Below, in pieces: positions 1 to 10,412 of a DNA stretch of 48,729 nt. Numbering within the stretch: the first letter of the stretch is position 1; each line of letters opens with the position of its first letter. The stretch covers positions 65,369,815 through 65,418,543 of the forward strand of contig NC_057718.1 of NCBI RefSeq assembly GCF_004010195.1. Reading direction: 5' to 3'. The position numbers and the translations under genes are program-made. This DNA comes from Chiloscyllium plagiosum (lineage: Eukaryota). The notes beneath the pieces are model-generated. The model made no database searches. It was not told the origin of the DNA and was given only the letters and a program-made list of their open reading frames with translations.

Positions 1-1037
1 GATAAACGGCTCCATTTCGGAATGGCAGGCAGTGACCAGTGGGGTACCGAAGGGATCAGTACTGGGACAGCAGCTTTTTATAATATATGTTAATGATATA
101 GAAGATGGTATTAGTAATAACATTAGCAGATTTGCTGATGACACTAAGCTGGGTAGCAGGGTGGAATGTGATGAGGATGTTAGGAGATTACAGGGTGACC
201 TGGACAGGTTAGGTGAGTGGTCAGATGCATGGCAGATGCAGTTTAATGTGGATAAATGTATGGTTATCCATTTTAGTGGCAAGAACAGGAAGGCAGATTA
301 CTACCTAAATGGAATCAATTTAGGTAAAGAGACAGTACAAAGAGATCTGGGTGTTCTTGTACACCAGTCAATGAAGGTAAGCATGCAGGTACAGCAGGTA
401 GTGAAGAAGGCTAATAGCATGCTGGCCTTCATAACAAGAGGGATTGAGTATAGAAGCAAAAATGTTCTTCTGCAGCTGTACAGGGCCCTGGTGAGACCAC
501 ACCTGGAGTACTGTGTGCAGTTCTGGTCTCTAAATTTGAGGAAAGACATTCTGGCTATTGAGGGAGTGCAGCGTAGGTTCACGAGGTCAATTCCTGGAAT
601 GGCGGGACTACCTTACGCTGAAAGGCTCGTATACCCTTGACTTTAGAAGACTGAGAGGGGATCTGATTGAGACATATAAGATTATTAAAGGATTGAATAT
701 TCTGGAGGCAAGAAACATGTTTCCGCTGATGGGTGAGTGCCGAACCAGACGACACAGCTTAAAAATACAGGGTAGACCATTTAGGACAGAGATGAGGAGA
801 AACTTCTTCACCCAGAGAGTGGTGGCTGTGTGGAATGCTCTGCTCCAGAGGGCAGTGGAGGCCCAGTCTCTGGATTCATTTAAGAAAGAGTTGGATAGAG
901 CTCTCAAGGATAGTGGAATCAAGGGTTATGGAGATAAGGCAGGAACCAGGATGATCAGCCATGATCATATTGAATGGTGGTGCAGGCTTGAAGGGCAGAA
1001 TAGCCTACTCCTGCACCTATTGTCTATTGTCTATTGA
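1..1037 (+). mobile_element. CR1-clade LINE, 3' part (RT C-terminus and tail), frameshifted
   Basis: ORFs 32-640 and 558-1037 encode SGVPKGSVLG..FADDTKL..LVRPHLEYCVQFWS..RRLRGDLIETYK..FFTQRVV..WN. Ends in the (TCTATTG)n tail at about 1017-1037. Confidence 0.95.
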
Positions 1038-1375
1038 CTTCTGGCCCAGAGATAGGGACACTATCACTGTATCACAATAGCCCCTTCCTTAGCTGTCTAT
1101 CAAATGTATTTAATTCACGCAAGTGGAGGGCATGAACTTGAGTTTAACCTGACCACATAAAACTGATGTGAGTGGTCTTGTTGTGCAGTGGTAGTGTCTT
1201 TAACTTTGCACCAGATCATCTGGGTTTGAGTCCCATCTGCCTTGGAGTTGTGTTATCACATGTCTGAACAGTTGGATTAAAAACAATTTAAACGTGACAT
1301 GGAGTGTGTGGTCTTGTGGCCTACTGGTAGATTCCCTCTCCCCCACGGCCCAGAGGTTCTCAGTGCAAGTCCCAT
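1038..1375. mobile_element. Cluster of three degraded tRNA-derived SINE heads (1038-1085 minus; about 1170-1280 and 1305-1375 plus)
   Basis: A-box/B-box-like motifs TTGTGCAGTGGTAGTGTC..GGGTTTGAGTCCC. Same family as the copy at 9455-9560. Confidence 0.6.
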
Positions 1376-2826
1376 TTGCTCAGAATATTTTTTAAATTAA
1401 CAAGTCAATTAACAAAAGCCTATACAATGGTTTTGCAGCGTGGTCATATGGTCCCTACATCTGGGTCTCACCTCGTGCAGAACAAGTTTGTTTTTGAAAA
1501 GACATACAATAAACAAGAGTTTGTTGAAGTGGTAGTGTCCAGAAGGTTTGCATTTAAGTCCTACCTGAGAATGTCTCACAAAGGTATATCATTATACAGC
1601 CAAGCTGATTTTAAAAAAAACTAGAAGGCACTTATATCTCTAAATTGTGGTCTGGGGGGTATGTCCTTATAATGTTTCACTCTGTAAAGTTCAGCTCCTG
1701 TCCCATTCTTACCAAGATAATTTCTGGAGAGTTATATCTCTGAAGAGGTACTGTCTTTTGATTTACCAATGCGGCCACCAGTCACCAACTGGTACTGCAC
1801 GTATGTTTGGGGAAATCTAGATTCAGGATCAGAACTTGCTGGACACTGGATAATCCCATGTGTTGCCACCAGGGCAGAGAAGTAGGGCCATAAAAGGATC
1901 AACTCACCGGAGAAGAAGGTTACAGACATACTCTGCTCCAGGCAGATGCAAGGGATGCACTTGGGTAATGTACCCAGTGCATATTTCCTATAGCAATTTA
2001 CTACAACAGGAAAGTGGAAAGATTATTCCCTTTCTTTAAATAAGGTTTTTCTGGTGTCCCTGACTTTCTACTTGGGCCATCCAGGATACCTGATGCTATT
2101 CTGAGCCATTGTTGTGTAGGCACAAGTGGCTATTGCTGTTCATGGGAGCGTGCCTCTTTGAATTCAGCATTCTCCTTGCTTGTCGTAAGCAACATGCTGG
2201 GAGCAACATTCAAATATTGAAATGAGTTAGGCTTGGAATATTGTATACGGACATATATAAAGATCACAAAATCCAGCTCCACCATGTGGCTGCGCTGACA
2301 CAATGGGAGCCCAACACTTCTAAAATATTAGCCAGATTGCTTCCAGCTGTTTATGGTATGTCACGTCCTGAACAAAATGTGGGCTTTATGGGCGTGTATG
2401 CTGTATAGGCACCGGAAGTAAGCGTCGTGGTTTGATGTGAGGTCAGTGTTTTTAGCACTGAATTGTTGCACAATCAGATGCAGGTCCTGCTAATATCCTC
2501 TGTTTATCACTCCCAGATGATCAACTGTTCAGCTACACAAACAAGCCTACAACTGTGCTTTTTTAAAGGGCTTATCATGTGACATCCAGCTGAGATACTG
2601 CGGCAGAAAAAGTCAAATTAGTGTGTTGAACATTATAGGAGGCTGCAGGAGCTCGAAGGTCTCTCAGGGAGGGAGCCTGCTTTCAGCAATGAAGGCTAGA
2701 TTCACTATTAATCTTGGACTCCAGCATGACTTGAAGGTAAACCTCTAACAGAGATGGGAAGCTATGCACAGAAGAGGCATCAGGACCTCTTCACAAAAGA
2801 TACATCAACAAACTAATTAAATATCA

Positions 2827-3014
2827 TGATGTGGAGGTGCCAATGTTGGACTACAGTAGACAAGGTCAGAGGTTACACAACACCACGTTACGGTCCTGCA
2901 GTTTATTTGAAATTAGAAGCTTTCAGAGCGCTGCTCCCTCGCCACCTGACAAAGGAGCAGCACTCCAAAAGTTTGTGATTTCTGACTATAACCTGATGTT
3001 GTGTGACTTTTGAC
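2827..3014. mobile_element. Short inverted-repeat Penelope-like (pLTR-derived) element with degenerate hammerhead
   Basis: Arms ggtcagaggttacacaacacc / tgttgtgtgacttttgacc. Decayed core ctgacaa-aggagcagcactcc-aaaa. 14-bp TSD ctaattaaatatca (2813-2826, 3015-3028). Confidence 0.8.
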
Positions 3015-3044
3015 CTAATTAAATATCAGTTGCTTGAAATCACA

Positions 3045-3272
3045 GGGAGAATGTGAGGACTGCAGATGCCGGAGATCAGACTGAAGAGTGTGGTGCTGGA
3101 AAAGCACAGCAAGTCAGGCAGCATCCGAGGAGAAGGAAAATTGACAGTTCGGGCATAAGCCCTTCATCAGGAATCAGGAACATTTCCTGATGAAGGCTTA
3201 TGCCTGAAACATCGATTCTCCTGCTCCTTGGATGCTGCCTGACTTGCTGTGCTTTTCCAGCACCACATTGTC
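3045..3272. mobile_element. Palindromic Penelope-like terminal element with two opposed hammerhead motifs
   Basis: 3088-3171 is the reverse complement of 3186-3268. CTGATGA-AGGC-TTAT-GCCT-GAAA-CATC at 3187-3213. Imperfect 14-bp TSD tgcttgaaatcaca / tgcctgaaattaca. Confidence 0.85.
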
Positions 3273-3436
3273 TGCCTGAAATTACATCCAAACATTGCAA
3301 TTCCAATCCTCTCCATCTTTCTACTGGCTATACGGATGCTGCCTGACCTGCTGTGCTTTTCCAGCACCACATTGTCTGCCTGAAATTACATCCAAACATT
3401 GCAATTCCAATCATCTCCATCTTTCTACTGGCTATA
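3230..3436 (+). repeat. 103-bp direct tandem duplication (PLE end plus flank)
   Basis: 3230-3332 and 3334-3436 differ at about 2 positions. Confidence 0.95.
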
Positions 3437-3761
3437 ATCCTGAAATAAAAAAGAGCCATTTCCACAATAACTTCATTCAACAAGGCAATAATAAACACAA
3501 AACTATTCAGCTTTTTACACTCCCCTTTGTGCCTGTCTTTGATGTGCCTTTGACTGTCCTAGTGCTCATAAAGCTGCAGAATAGCTGGCGGGAGACTGCT
3601 CACTTTCAAAGAGGGAGACTAAAAAGGACTCACAGAAGGGCCTCAAGCAGCTCTGGGCCCTGAGGGCCCAGCTTCAATTTGCATCACATGGGGATTAAGG
3701 GCAGCAGCCAGCAGGATTGGAAAAATAGGATCATCTTCAAGCCCCTTCAGAGCCACACACA

Positions 3762-3925
3762 TCCTTGACTTAAACATATATAGTGTAATCCTTCATTGGC
3801 ATTGGGTCAAAAACCTTGAAGTTCCTACCTACATCATTATGAGACCATCTACACCTTAAGGCCTGCAACAGTTCAAGAACCAAGCCCACCAAAAACCACC
3901 TCAGGCCATCTATGGATTGTCTGCA
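3762..3925 (+). mobile_element. Old CR1-type 3' end fragment
   Basis: ccttgact..tgggtcaaaa..ctgcaacagttcaagaa..cccacca; similar to 27290-27465. Confidence 0.55.
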
Positions 3926-4199
3926 AACTTAAGTGTTCCTTGTAATCCAAGATTACATAAAAGATATCATGCATGTGGCTCACTAATTACTCATTTCCTT
4001 CCAATTTATAATAGACCAGCAAATTTGAAACATTTTTAAACTCAAAATTTTTGTAGGTAAGCTGGTTTCCCTACTTTTATATTCCTTTTTGTATATGTAT
4101 CCACCACAGAATTATCATTTGACCCATACGCACCAAGTCTAGAAATGAGCGTTATGTTTTAGTGTCATTCTCCCTCCCTTGCCCAATTTTACACATTAC

Positions 4200-5470
4200 T
4201 TTTATTTAAATAACTATCCAATTCCCTGTTGAAAGCCTCGATTAAACCTATGCCAAACCACTTCCAAGTAGTCCATTCCAGACCCACACCACTCACTGTG
4301 TGAAAAAGTTCCTTTTCTCACATCACATTCACCTCTTCTTCAAATCATCTTAAATCTGTGCACTCTGATTCTTGATCCTTCTATAGGCAGGAATAATTTC
4401 TCCCTGTTTTGTCCAGATCACTTATGATTTTGAAAATTTCAATTATCCTCTTAGCCTTCAGTCCAAGCAAAACAGTCACAACATCTCCAATCTATCTTCG
4501 TAACTGCCATTTCTGATCCACAGAATCATTCTCAAACCTTTTCTGCACTCTCACCAATGTGTTCACATATTCCTGAAGTGTGGCATCAAGAACTGTATAC
4601 AATATTCCAGGTGATATGCAACTAGGTTCTTAGACCGATCCTCTGTGTTCCCGTCCTCTATGTAACTACCAGTGAAGCTATGATACTGTATAATTTATTA
4701 ACCACAATGTACTTGGTTTGTCACCTTTAATGACCTGTATACATAATAAACTAAGCTTCTCTGTCCGGCACACCTTTTACGAGTTGTACCTTTTATACTC
4801 TCATTCTGTGTTCTTTCTATCAAAATAGATCACATTGCACTTCTCCACATTGAATTTCATCACCCATCTATCTACCCACTCCATCAACTTATTAATGTTC
4901 TTTTGAAGTTTCATACTGCTTTTCTTGCAGTCTATAATACTTCCAAGTTTTGTACCATCGGCAAAATTTTAAAATTTTAAATTGTCCCCTGTACTTTAAA
5001 ATCTAGACATTAATATAAATCAGGAAAAGCAAGGATCCCAGTATTGATCCATGCGGAACTCGATTACAAACCTTCCAAACAAACCAGTCTGAAAAACATC
5101 CATTAACAAATACTTTGCTTCCTATTGCTCAACAATTTCTAATCCAAGTTATTGTCCCTTTTAATGAACTATAAACTTTCTTGGGAGTCTCCTATTTGCA
5201 TTTTGTCAAATATCTTTTGGAAATGCATGTTTCCCATAACAGCAGCATTACCCTCATCAACCCTCTCTGTTACCTCCTCAAATAACTCCAGTAAGTTAGT
5301 TAACATATTTATCCCTTAACACATCCATGTTGGCTCTCCCTAATTAACCCACTTTTGTCCATATGTCTGTTAATTCTATCCCAAATTGTTGTTTTCAGAC
5401 ATTTCTCCACTATTAACGTTAAACTGACTTGTCCGTAATTGTTAGATTTATCTTTGCAACCTTTGCAACT
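4200..5470 (-). mobile_element. Degraded CR1 LINE ORF2 (RT) fragment
   Basis: Minus ORF 5309-5491 gives NNYGQVSLTLIVEKCL..LIRESQHGCVKG. Degraded RT/3' region runs down to about 4200. Confidence 0.85.
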
Positions 5471-5485
5471 ATTTGCAAAGTTATA

Positions 5486-5570
5486 AATCACACAACACCA
5501 GGTTATAGTCCAACAGGTTTTTTTGAAAGCACTAGCTTTTGGAGCGCTGCTTCTTCATCCGGTGGTTGTG
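5486..5570 (-). mobile_element. Penelope-like pLTR fragment with decayed hammerhead
   Basis: aatcacacaacaccaggttatagtccaacagg..ctagcttttggagcgctgcttcttcatccgg; same family as 21040-21163. Confidence 0.8.
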
Positions 5571-5574
5571 CAAC

Positions 5575-6210
5575 TCATCCAGCCTGACCAACTGCCTTCT
5601 TTCCCAGTGCTAGTCCCAGTGTCTCAGGAATTTGAAGCTCTCCCCCGCATCATCTCTTCTGCCACATATTTGTCTTATCCTTCTACATCTACACTCAATT
5701 GCGCACGGGGGTACTGGAAGTATTCCAGAGATTACTATACTTGATCCTCATTATCCATGGTTTAACCTCCTCACGAGCTTGACCCCAGACACAATTTTAT
5801 TTTTCCTCATTGACAGGTCCTGACAGATTGTGCAGTACTTCAAGATCTGCCAGGATAGGAAGGGAATTCCCATCCTAAAGCTATCAGCGGTTTTACGTTA
5901 TCCAAAGGAGATTGTGCCCTGATCCCTGCAGATAATGAAGATTGCGTGCACATTTTGAGGTCCTACTTGCTAATTTCCTATCTACCTCCCCAAATTCTGA
6001 CTGCAGAATCACAGCCCCTTTCCCCCCTACATCACTTGTATAACATGGACCATGACTGCTGGCTGTTCACCCTCCCCCAGAGGGTGCTCTGTGCCATCCT
6101 TGACCCAAACACCGAGGAAATATACAATCCTGGAGTCACATCGATCATTGCAGAATCACTTGTCTGTTCCCCAATGATTAACTCCCCTGTTACTACTGCT
6201 CTGCCACAAG
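5575..6210 (-). mobile_element. Degraded CR1 ORF1 (SGNH esterase) remnant
   Basis: Minus frame RAVVTGELIIGEQT resembles CR1 ORF1 RAVVIGDSIVRG. Confidence 0.55.
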
Positions 6211-6282
6211 AAAAAATGTCTTTTATGTTATGGAATCTCAATGGCTAAAGGAACAATGACTGAAAGTTAATGATGAATATAC

Positions 6283-6452
6283 CATTGATACAACATTATT
6301 CTTTGTAGTATCTTTCTGAACAAATCATATTTAGTAAATTGATAAAACCGTATTTTGTTCGGGCTAAGCAGCTGAACCATATCAGTGAGATAATTGATCT
6401 TGGCACTAGTACAGTCATGTCCATCAGTTGTAGTTGTGGTACCAAACAATGG
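6283..6452 (-). pseudogene. Candidate exon of decayed host gene (phase 0 to 2, open)
   Basis: ttcattttgctaag|PLFGTTTTTDGHDCTSAKINYLTDMVQLLSPNKIRFYQFTKYDLFRKILQRIMLYQ|gtatat; 170 nt, no stop. Confidence 0.6.
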
Positions 6453-6649
6453 CTTAGCAAAATGAAATAGCAACACATAAACCAGAGTGTCAATTATTAG
6501 ATGCATGTTTCCTTTAAAATTCTTTTGAACACTGAAATCTCTGTTGGAACTTATCCAATGAAATGAAGTTCAAAACATTTGGAGAAGCATCAACTTTGAT
6601 TACTCAGGCATAAAGCTGGAATTCAAATAAGATATTTCAATCCCTCTCG

Positions 6650-7465
6650 ACATAGCATCATAGAACCACACAGCATAAAAACAAACCCTTCAGTCCAACC
6701 AGTTCATGCTGAACATAATCACAAACTAAACGAGTCCTACCTACCAATTCCTGGCCCATATCCATCCAAACATTTCCTATTCATGTACTTAACCAAATGT
6801 CCTTTGAATGTTGTAATTGTACCCACATCAACCACTTCCTCGGGGGGTTCATTCCATATACAAAACACCCTCTGTGTAAAAAAGTTTGCCTCTCATGTTC
6901 TTTTTAAATCTCTCCTCTCACCTTAAAAATGTGCCCCCCGTCTTGAAATCCTCCACCCTAAGAAAATAAAATGACTACCATTAGCTTTATTTGTACACTT
7001 CTATAAGGATGCCTCTCAACCTCCTACTTTCCAGTGAAAGATGTCCCAGCCTATCCGACCTTTCTTTCCAACTCAAACCTTCCATACCCAGTAATATCAT
7101 GGTAAATCTCTTCTGAACCCTCTCCAGCTTAACAATATTCTTCCTAGGCAACTAGAATTGGATGCAGTATTCCAGTGCAACCTAAACAGGACTTCCCAAT
7201 TCCTATTCTCAAAGAGACTGAGCAATGAAGGCAAGTGTGCTAAATGCCTTTTTAACCACCCTATCTATAAATGTTGCAAACTTCAAAGAATTATGTACCT
7301 GAATCCGTAGTTCCCGCTGTTCTACAACATTACCTAAGGCCCTACAATTCATTGTATAAGCCCTCCCCCTGTTTGTTGTACCAAAATGCAATGCTTCGTA
7401 TTTATCCAGATCAAACTCCATCTGGCATTTTTCAGCCCACTGATCTATTTGATCAAGATCCCTTT
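6650..7465 (-). mobile_element. CR1 (HER1-like) LINE 3' fragment
   Basis: Minus ORF MEFDLDKYEALHFG..VKKAFSTLAFI. Tail catagcatcatagaacc at the left end. Confidence 0.9.
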
Positions 7466-8358
7466 ATTATGTATCAGGCCAGACCCCCTCAAAATATTTC
7501 AAGAAGGTAGCCCAGACTCTAAATCTTTTAGTTGTTTAAAGCAGATGTACAGTGGATATTCCAGGAGTGGTGCAACTGGCCAAACCACTGTTTTAAACAA
7601 AACAGAATTTATTTACATATGAACAAAAGAAAACCAAATTTAGAATAACAGAACTATTTGAAAACGCAATCAACACGAGAATGAAACTTAATGATGCTGT
7701 TCCAAATACTTGAAACATCCCCATAAACACCCCCTTGATAAAAAAGGTAAAATCAAACCCAGCTTCTTACAAGGGAGATGTCAGATAGAGGATCAGCATG
7801 GAACTGCTACAGGTCCTCAAGAGCTTCTGTGGATTCCCAGCTAAAACTTGACCAGCAGCTTGCTAAAACCAAACCAAACCAAACCCTGAAGTGGGAGAAC
7901 AGACCACTCCCCTTTCATTGTACAAGTGTTTTAAAAGCATTCGCTTAAAAGCTTTTTCAAATAGATTAGATTACTTACAGTGTGGAAACAGGCCCTTCGG
8001 CCCAACAAGTCCACACCGACCCGCAACCCACCCATTCCCGTACATTTACCCCTTTACCTAACACTACGGGCAATTTAGCATGGCCAAGTCACCTGACGTG
8101 CACATCTTTGGACTGAGGGAAGAAACCGGAGCACCCGGAGGAAACCCACGCAGACACGGGGAGAATGTGCAAACTCCACACAGTCAGTCGCCTGAGTCGG
8201 GAATTGAACCTGGGTCTCTGGTGCTGTGAGGCAGCAGTGCTAACCACTGTGCCACCGTGCCACCCACCAGATATTTCCAGGCATAACGGAACCTCTGCCT
8301 TTATGACCCCTCTGAAAAAAAAGACAACATAACTTTGTTAATGCAGCAGCATCGTCAC
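7466..8358 (-). mobile_element. Probable solo LTR, interrupted by an HE1 SINE
   Basis: Non-coding block ending ..gtcaca, with a minus-strand AATAAA (tttatt at about 7608) near its left end. No clear TSD. Confidence 0.5.
7962..8266 (-). mobile_element. HE1-type (V-SINE) full-length SINE
   Basis: tRNA-like head GGTGGCACAGTGGTTAGC..GGTTCAATTCCC; V-core gtgtggagtttgcacattctccccgtgtctgcgtggg; CR1-derived tail with (AATCT)n. Confidence 0.95.
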
Positions 8359-8379
8359 AGACATTAAAAAACAAGGTGG

Positions 8380-8509
8380 ATAAAAGCAAATTACTGCGGA
8401 TGCTGGAATCTGAAACCAAAAGAGAAAATGCTGGAAAATCTCAGCAGGTCTGGCAGTATCTGTAAGGAGAGAAAAGAGCTGACGTTTCGAGTCTAACTGA
8501 CCCTTTGTC
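8380..8509 (-). mobile_element. 130-bp Penelope-like terminal fragment with hammerhead-like motif
   Basis: Perfect 14-bp TSD aaaaaacaaggtgg (8366-8379, 8510-8523). Minus strand reads ttgacaa-agggtc-agtta-gactc-gaaa-cgtc. Confidence 0.85.
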
Positions 8510-8559
8510 AAAAAACAAGGTGGTAGTGAATTCAACTATAAAAAGAACATGTATTTCTC

Positions 8560-9020
8560 ACTGTTGGCTGGAGTCAAACCTGGCACAATGGAAGATGGTT
8601 ATGATTGTTGAAGGTCAGTTATCTGAGCTGCAGGTCATTTCTGCAGGTTTTCTTGAGGGGATTTTCCCAGGTCCAACCATTTTCAGCTGCTTAATCAATA
8701 CTTCATCATTAGGTCAGAAATGGGAATATTTGCTGATGATTGCACAATGTTCAGCATCATTCATGTTTCCTCAGAAATTGAAACAGTCTTTTTCCAAATG
8801 CAGCAAGATCAGGACAATATCCAGGTTGGGCTGACATGTGGCAAGTAATATTTGCATCACACTAGAGTCAGGCAATGGCTATCTTCAACAAAAGATAATG
8901 TAATCTTGGCCCCGTGATATTCAGTGGTATTATCATCTCTAAGCCCCACTATCAACATCCATAGGGTTACCATTGACCAACAACTGAACTGGATTAACCA
9001 TTTAAATACCGTACCTGCAA
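8560..9020 (+). mobile_element. Old CR1-like LINE RT fragment
   Basis: GPTIFSCLIN..FADDC motif; same family as 26130-26260 and 26795-27465. Confidence 0.7.
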
Positions 9021-9083
9021 TAGGCAAGTGGACAGACATAAACATTGCCAAGCACTTTTGATTATTTTCTAGTCATCACAAAC

Positions 9084-9175
9084 CTCCTGGCAATGAGAGG
9101 ACAGAGCTTCTATCGCAGAGACATAGCATCAAGTTAACTCCCAATTACTGGCACTCTAGGAAAGCACCAAATGAC
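9084..9175 (-). pseudogene. Candidate exon of decayed host gene (phase 1 to 0, two stops)
   Basis: tttttttaaatatag|(G)HLVLS*SASNWELT*CYVSAIEALSSHCQE|gtttgt; 92 nt. Phases match both neighbouring exons. Confidence 0.5.
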
Positions 9176-9454
9176 CTATATTTAAAAAAAACAACGCCAG
9201 TTGCACAATGCAAAATAGAAACTAAGAAATGCAAGTAATATTACAGCAACTAGATAGAGCATCTCTACAAGGAAAAGTTAGGTTAATCTTTCATCAAAAT
9301 TGAAACCAAGAAGGTTAGCACGCTTTTTACAAAGATTGTCATAATAGGGGCAGAAAGTAAAGTAGAGAAGGTATTGTCACAGAGAGAGTAGAGTTTACAA
9401 CTATAAGGCACAGCTGTCTTTCCTCTCTCTATATACTCTACCAAGAGCAGCAGA

Positions 9455-9562
9455 GGGTTTGTGTGGTACAGTGGCAGTGTCCCTATCTCTGGACCAGCAG
9501 GCCTAGGTTCAAGTCTCACCTGCTTCAGAGGTGTGTATTAATATCTTTGAACAGATTGATTG
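9455..9562 (+). mobile_element. tRNA-derived SINE fragment
   Basis: gtggtacagtggcagtgtccctatctctggaccagcaggcctaggttcaagtc with A/B-box-like motifs. Confidence 0.75.
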
Positions 9563-9640
9563 TAGTGCTGCTACTATGAATAAGTATTTTCTATAGTACC
9601 AAGGAAAAGCCTTAATATCACAAAAAAACTGTGAGCTTAC

Positions 9641-9835
9641 CAGAAGGAAAATATTGGTTTCTGTTCAATTTTTGCCAAACATTACAATTATGATGTCTTT
9701 GTACCTATGGTGTTTCTTTACTTTCTACCCATTGTCCATTGATGCCTCGATGCTGTATTATGCAATAACCTTCGATTACCTTCCTTACCCAAAAGATTAC
9801 CAAGACCTATTGCCAAGTCCTCCCATGATCATCAT
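9641..9835 (-). pseudogene. Candidate exon of decayed host gene (phase 1 to 1, two stops)
   Basis: ttcatatttcag|DDHGRTWQ*VLVIFWVRKVIEGYCIIQHRGINGQWVESKETP*VQRHHNCNVWQKLNRNQYFPS|gtaagc; 195 nt with strong splice sites. Confidence 0.55.
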
Positions 9836-9954
9836 CTGAAATATGAAATCCAACTCATGTCATTTGACCCACATCATGAATGGTGTGTTAAGTGGAAAAA
9901 ACTAAACAGGGCAATCACAAAGAGTCTATTCTAGGAAGACGGGAAGATTCAGGG

Positions 9955-10412
9955 ACAGCAACTGCTCTGCCCAGGACCGAAAGAAACTACAGAAGGTTGT
10001 GTGCACAGCCTTGACCATCACAGAAGCCAACCTCCCATTCTTGGACTCCATTTACACTTATTGTTGCCAAGGAAAGACTGCCAACATCATCAAAGATACC
10101 TTCCACCCTGTTAATGCTCTCTTCCAACCTCGTCCATCAGGCAGCAGATACAGAAGCTTGAACACATGCACCAGCAGGTTAAGGAACAGCTTCTTCCCTG
10201 CCGTTATTAGGCTGCTGAATGGACTCTGTAACTTCAAATAATATTGATCTTGCTAATGTTGATCTTGATTTGTGCACCTCCTGTGTAGTTGAATGTCTTG
10301 CTCAGTCTAAGCACTCTACGATCTGTATGTCCTCGTTTGCTCTGACCTGCCTGGATTGCTCCCAAACAAAGCTCTTCACTGTACTTATGTACATGTGACC
10401 ACAATAAATCAA
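9955..10412 (+). mobile_element. Rex1/Babar-type LINE 3' fragment
   Basis: ORF 9999-10241 gives KTANIIKDTFHP..LFQPRPSGSRYRSL..RLRNSFFPAVIRLLN. Ends with aataaatcaaa. Confidence 0.85.

Noticed and set aside
7962..8266. tRNA-like A/B boxes as tRNA genes (also 15057 and 9455)
   Set aside because: They are SINE heads with SINE bodies and tails; there is no full cloverleaf.
9810..9835. DDHGRTW as a sialidase Asp-box
   Set aside because: Single occurrence and no other propeller or sialidase motifs; may be coincidental.
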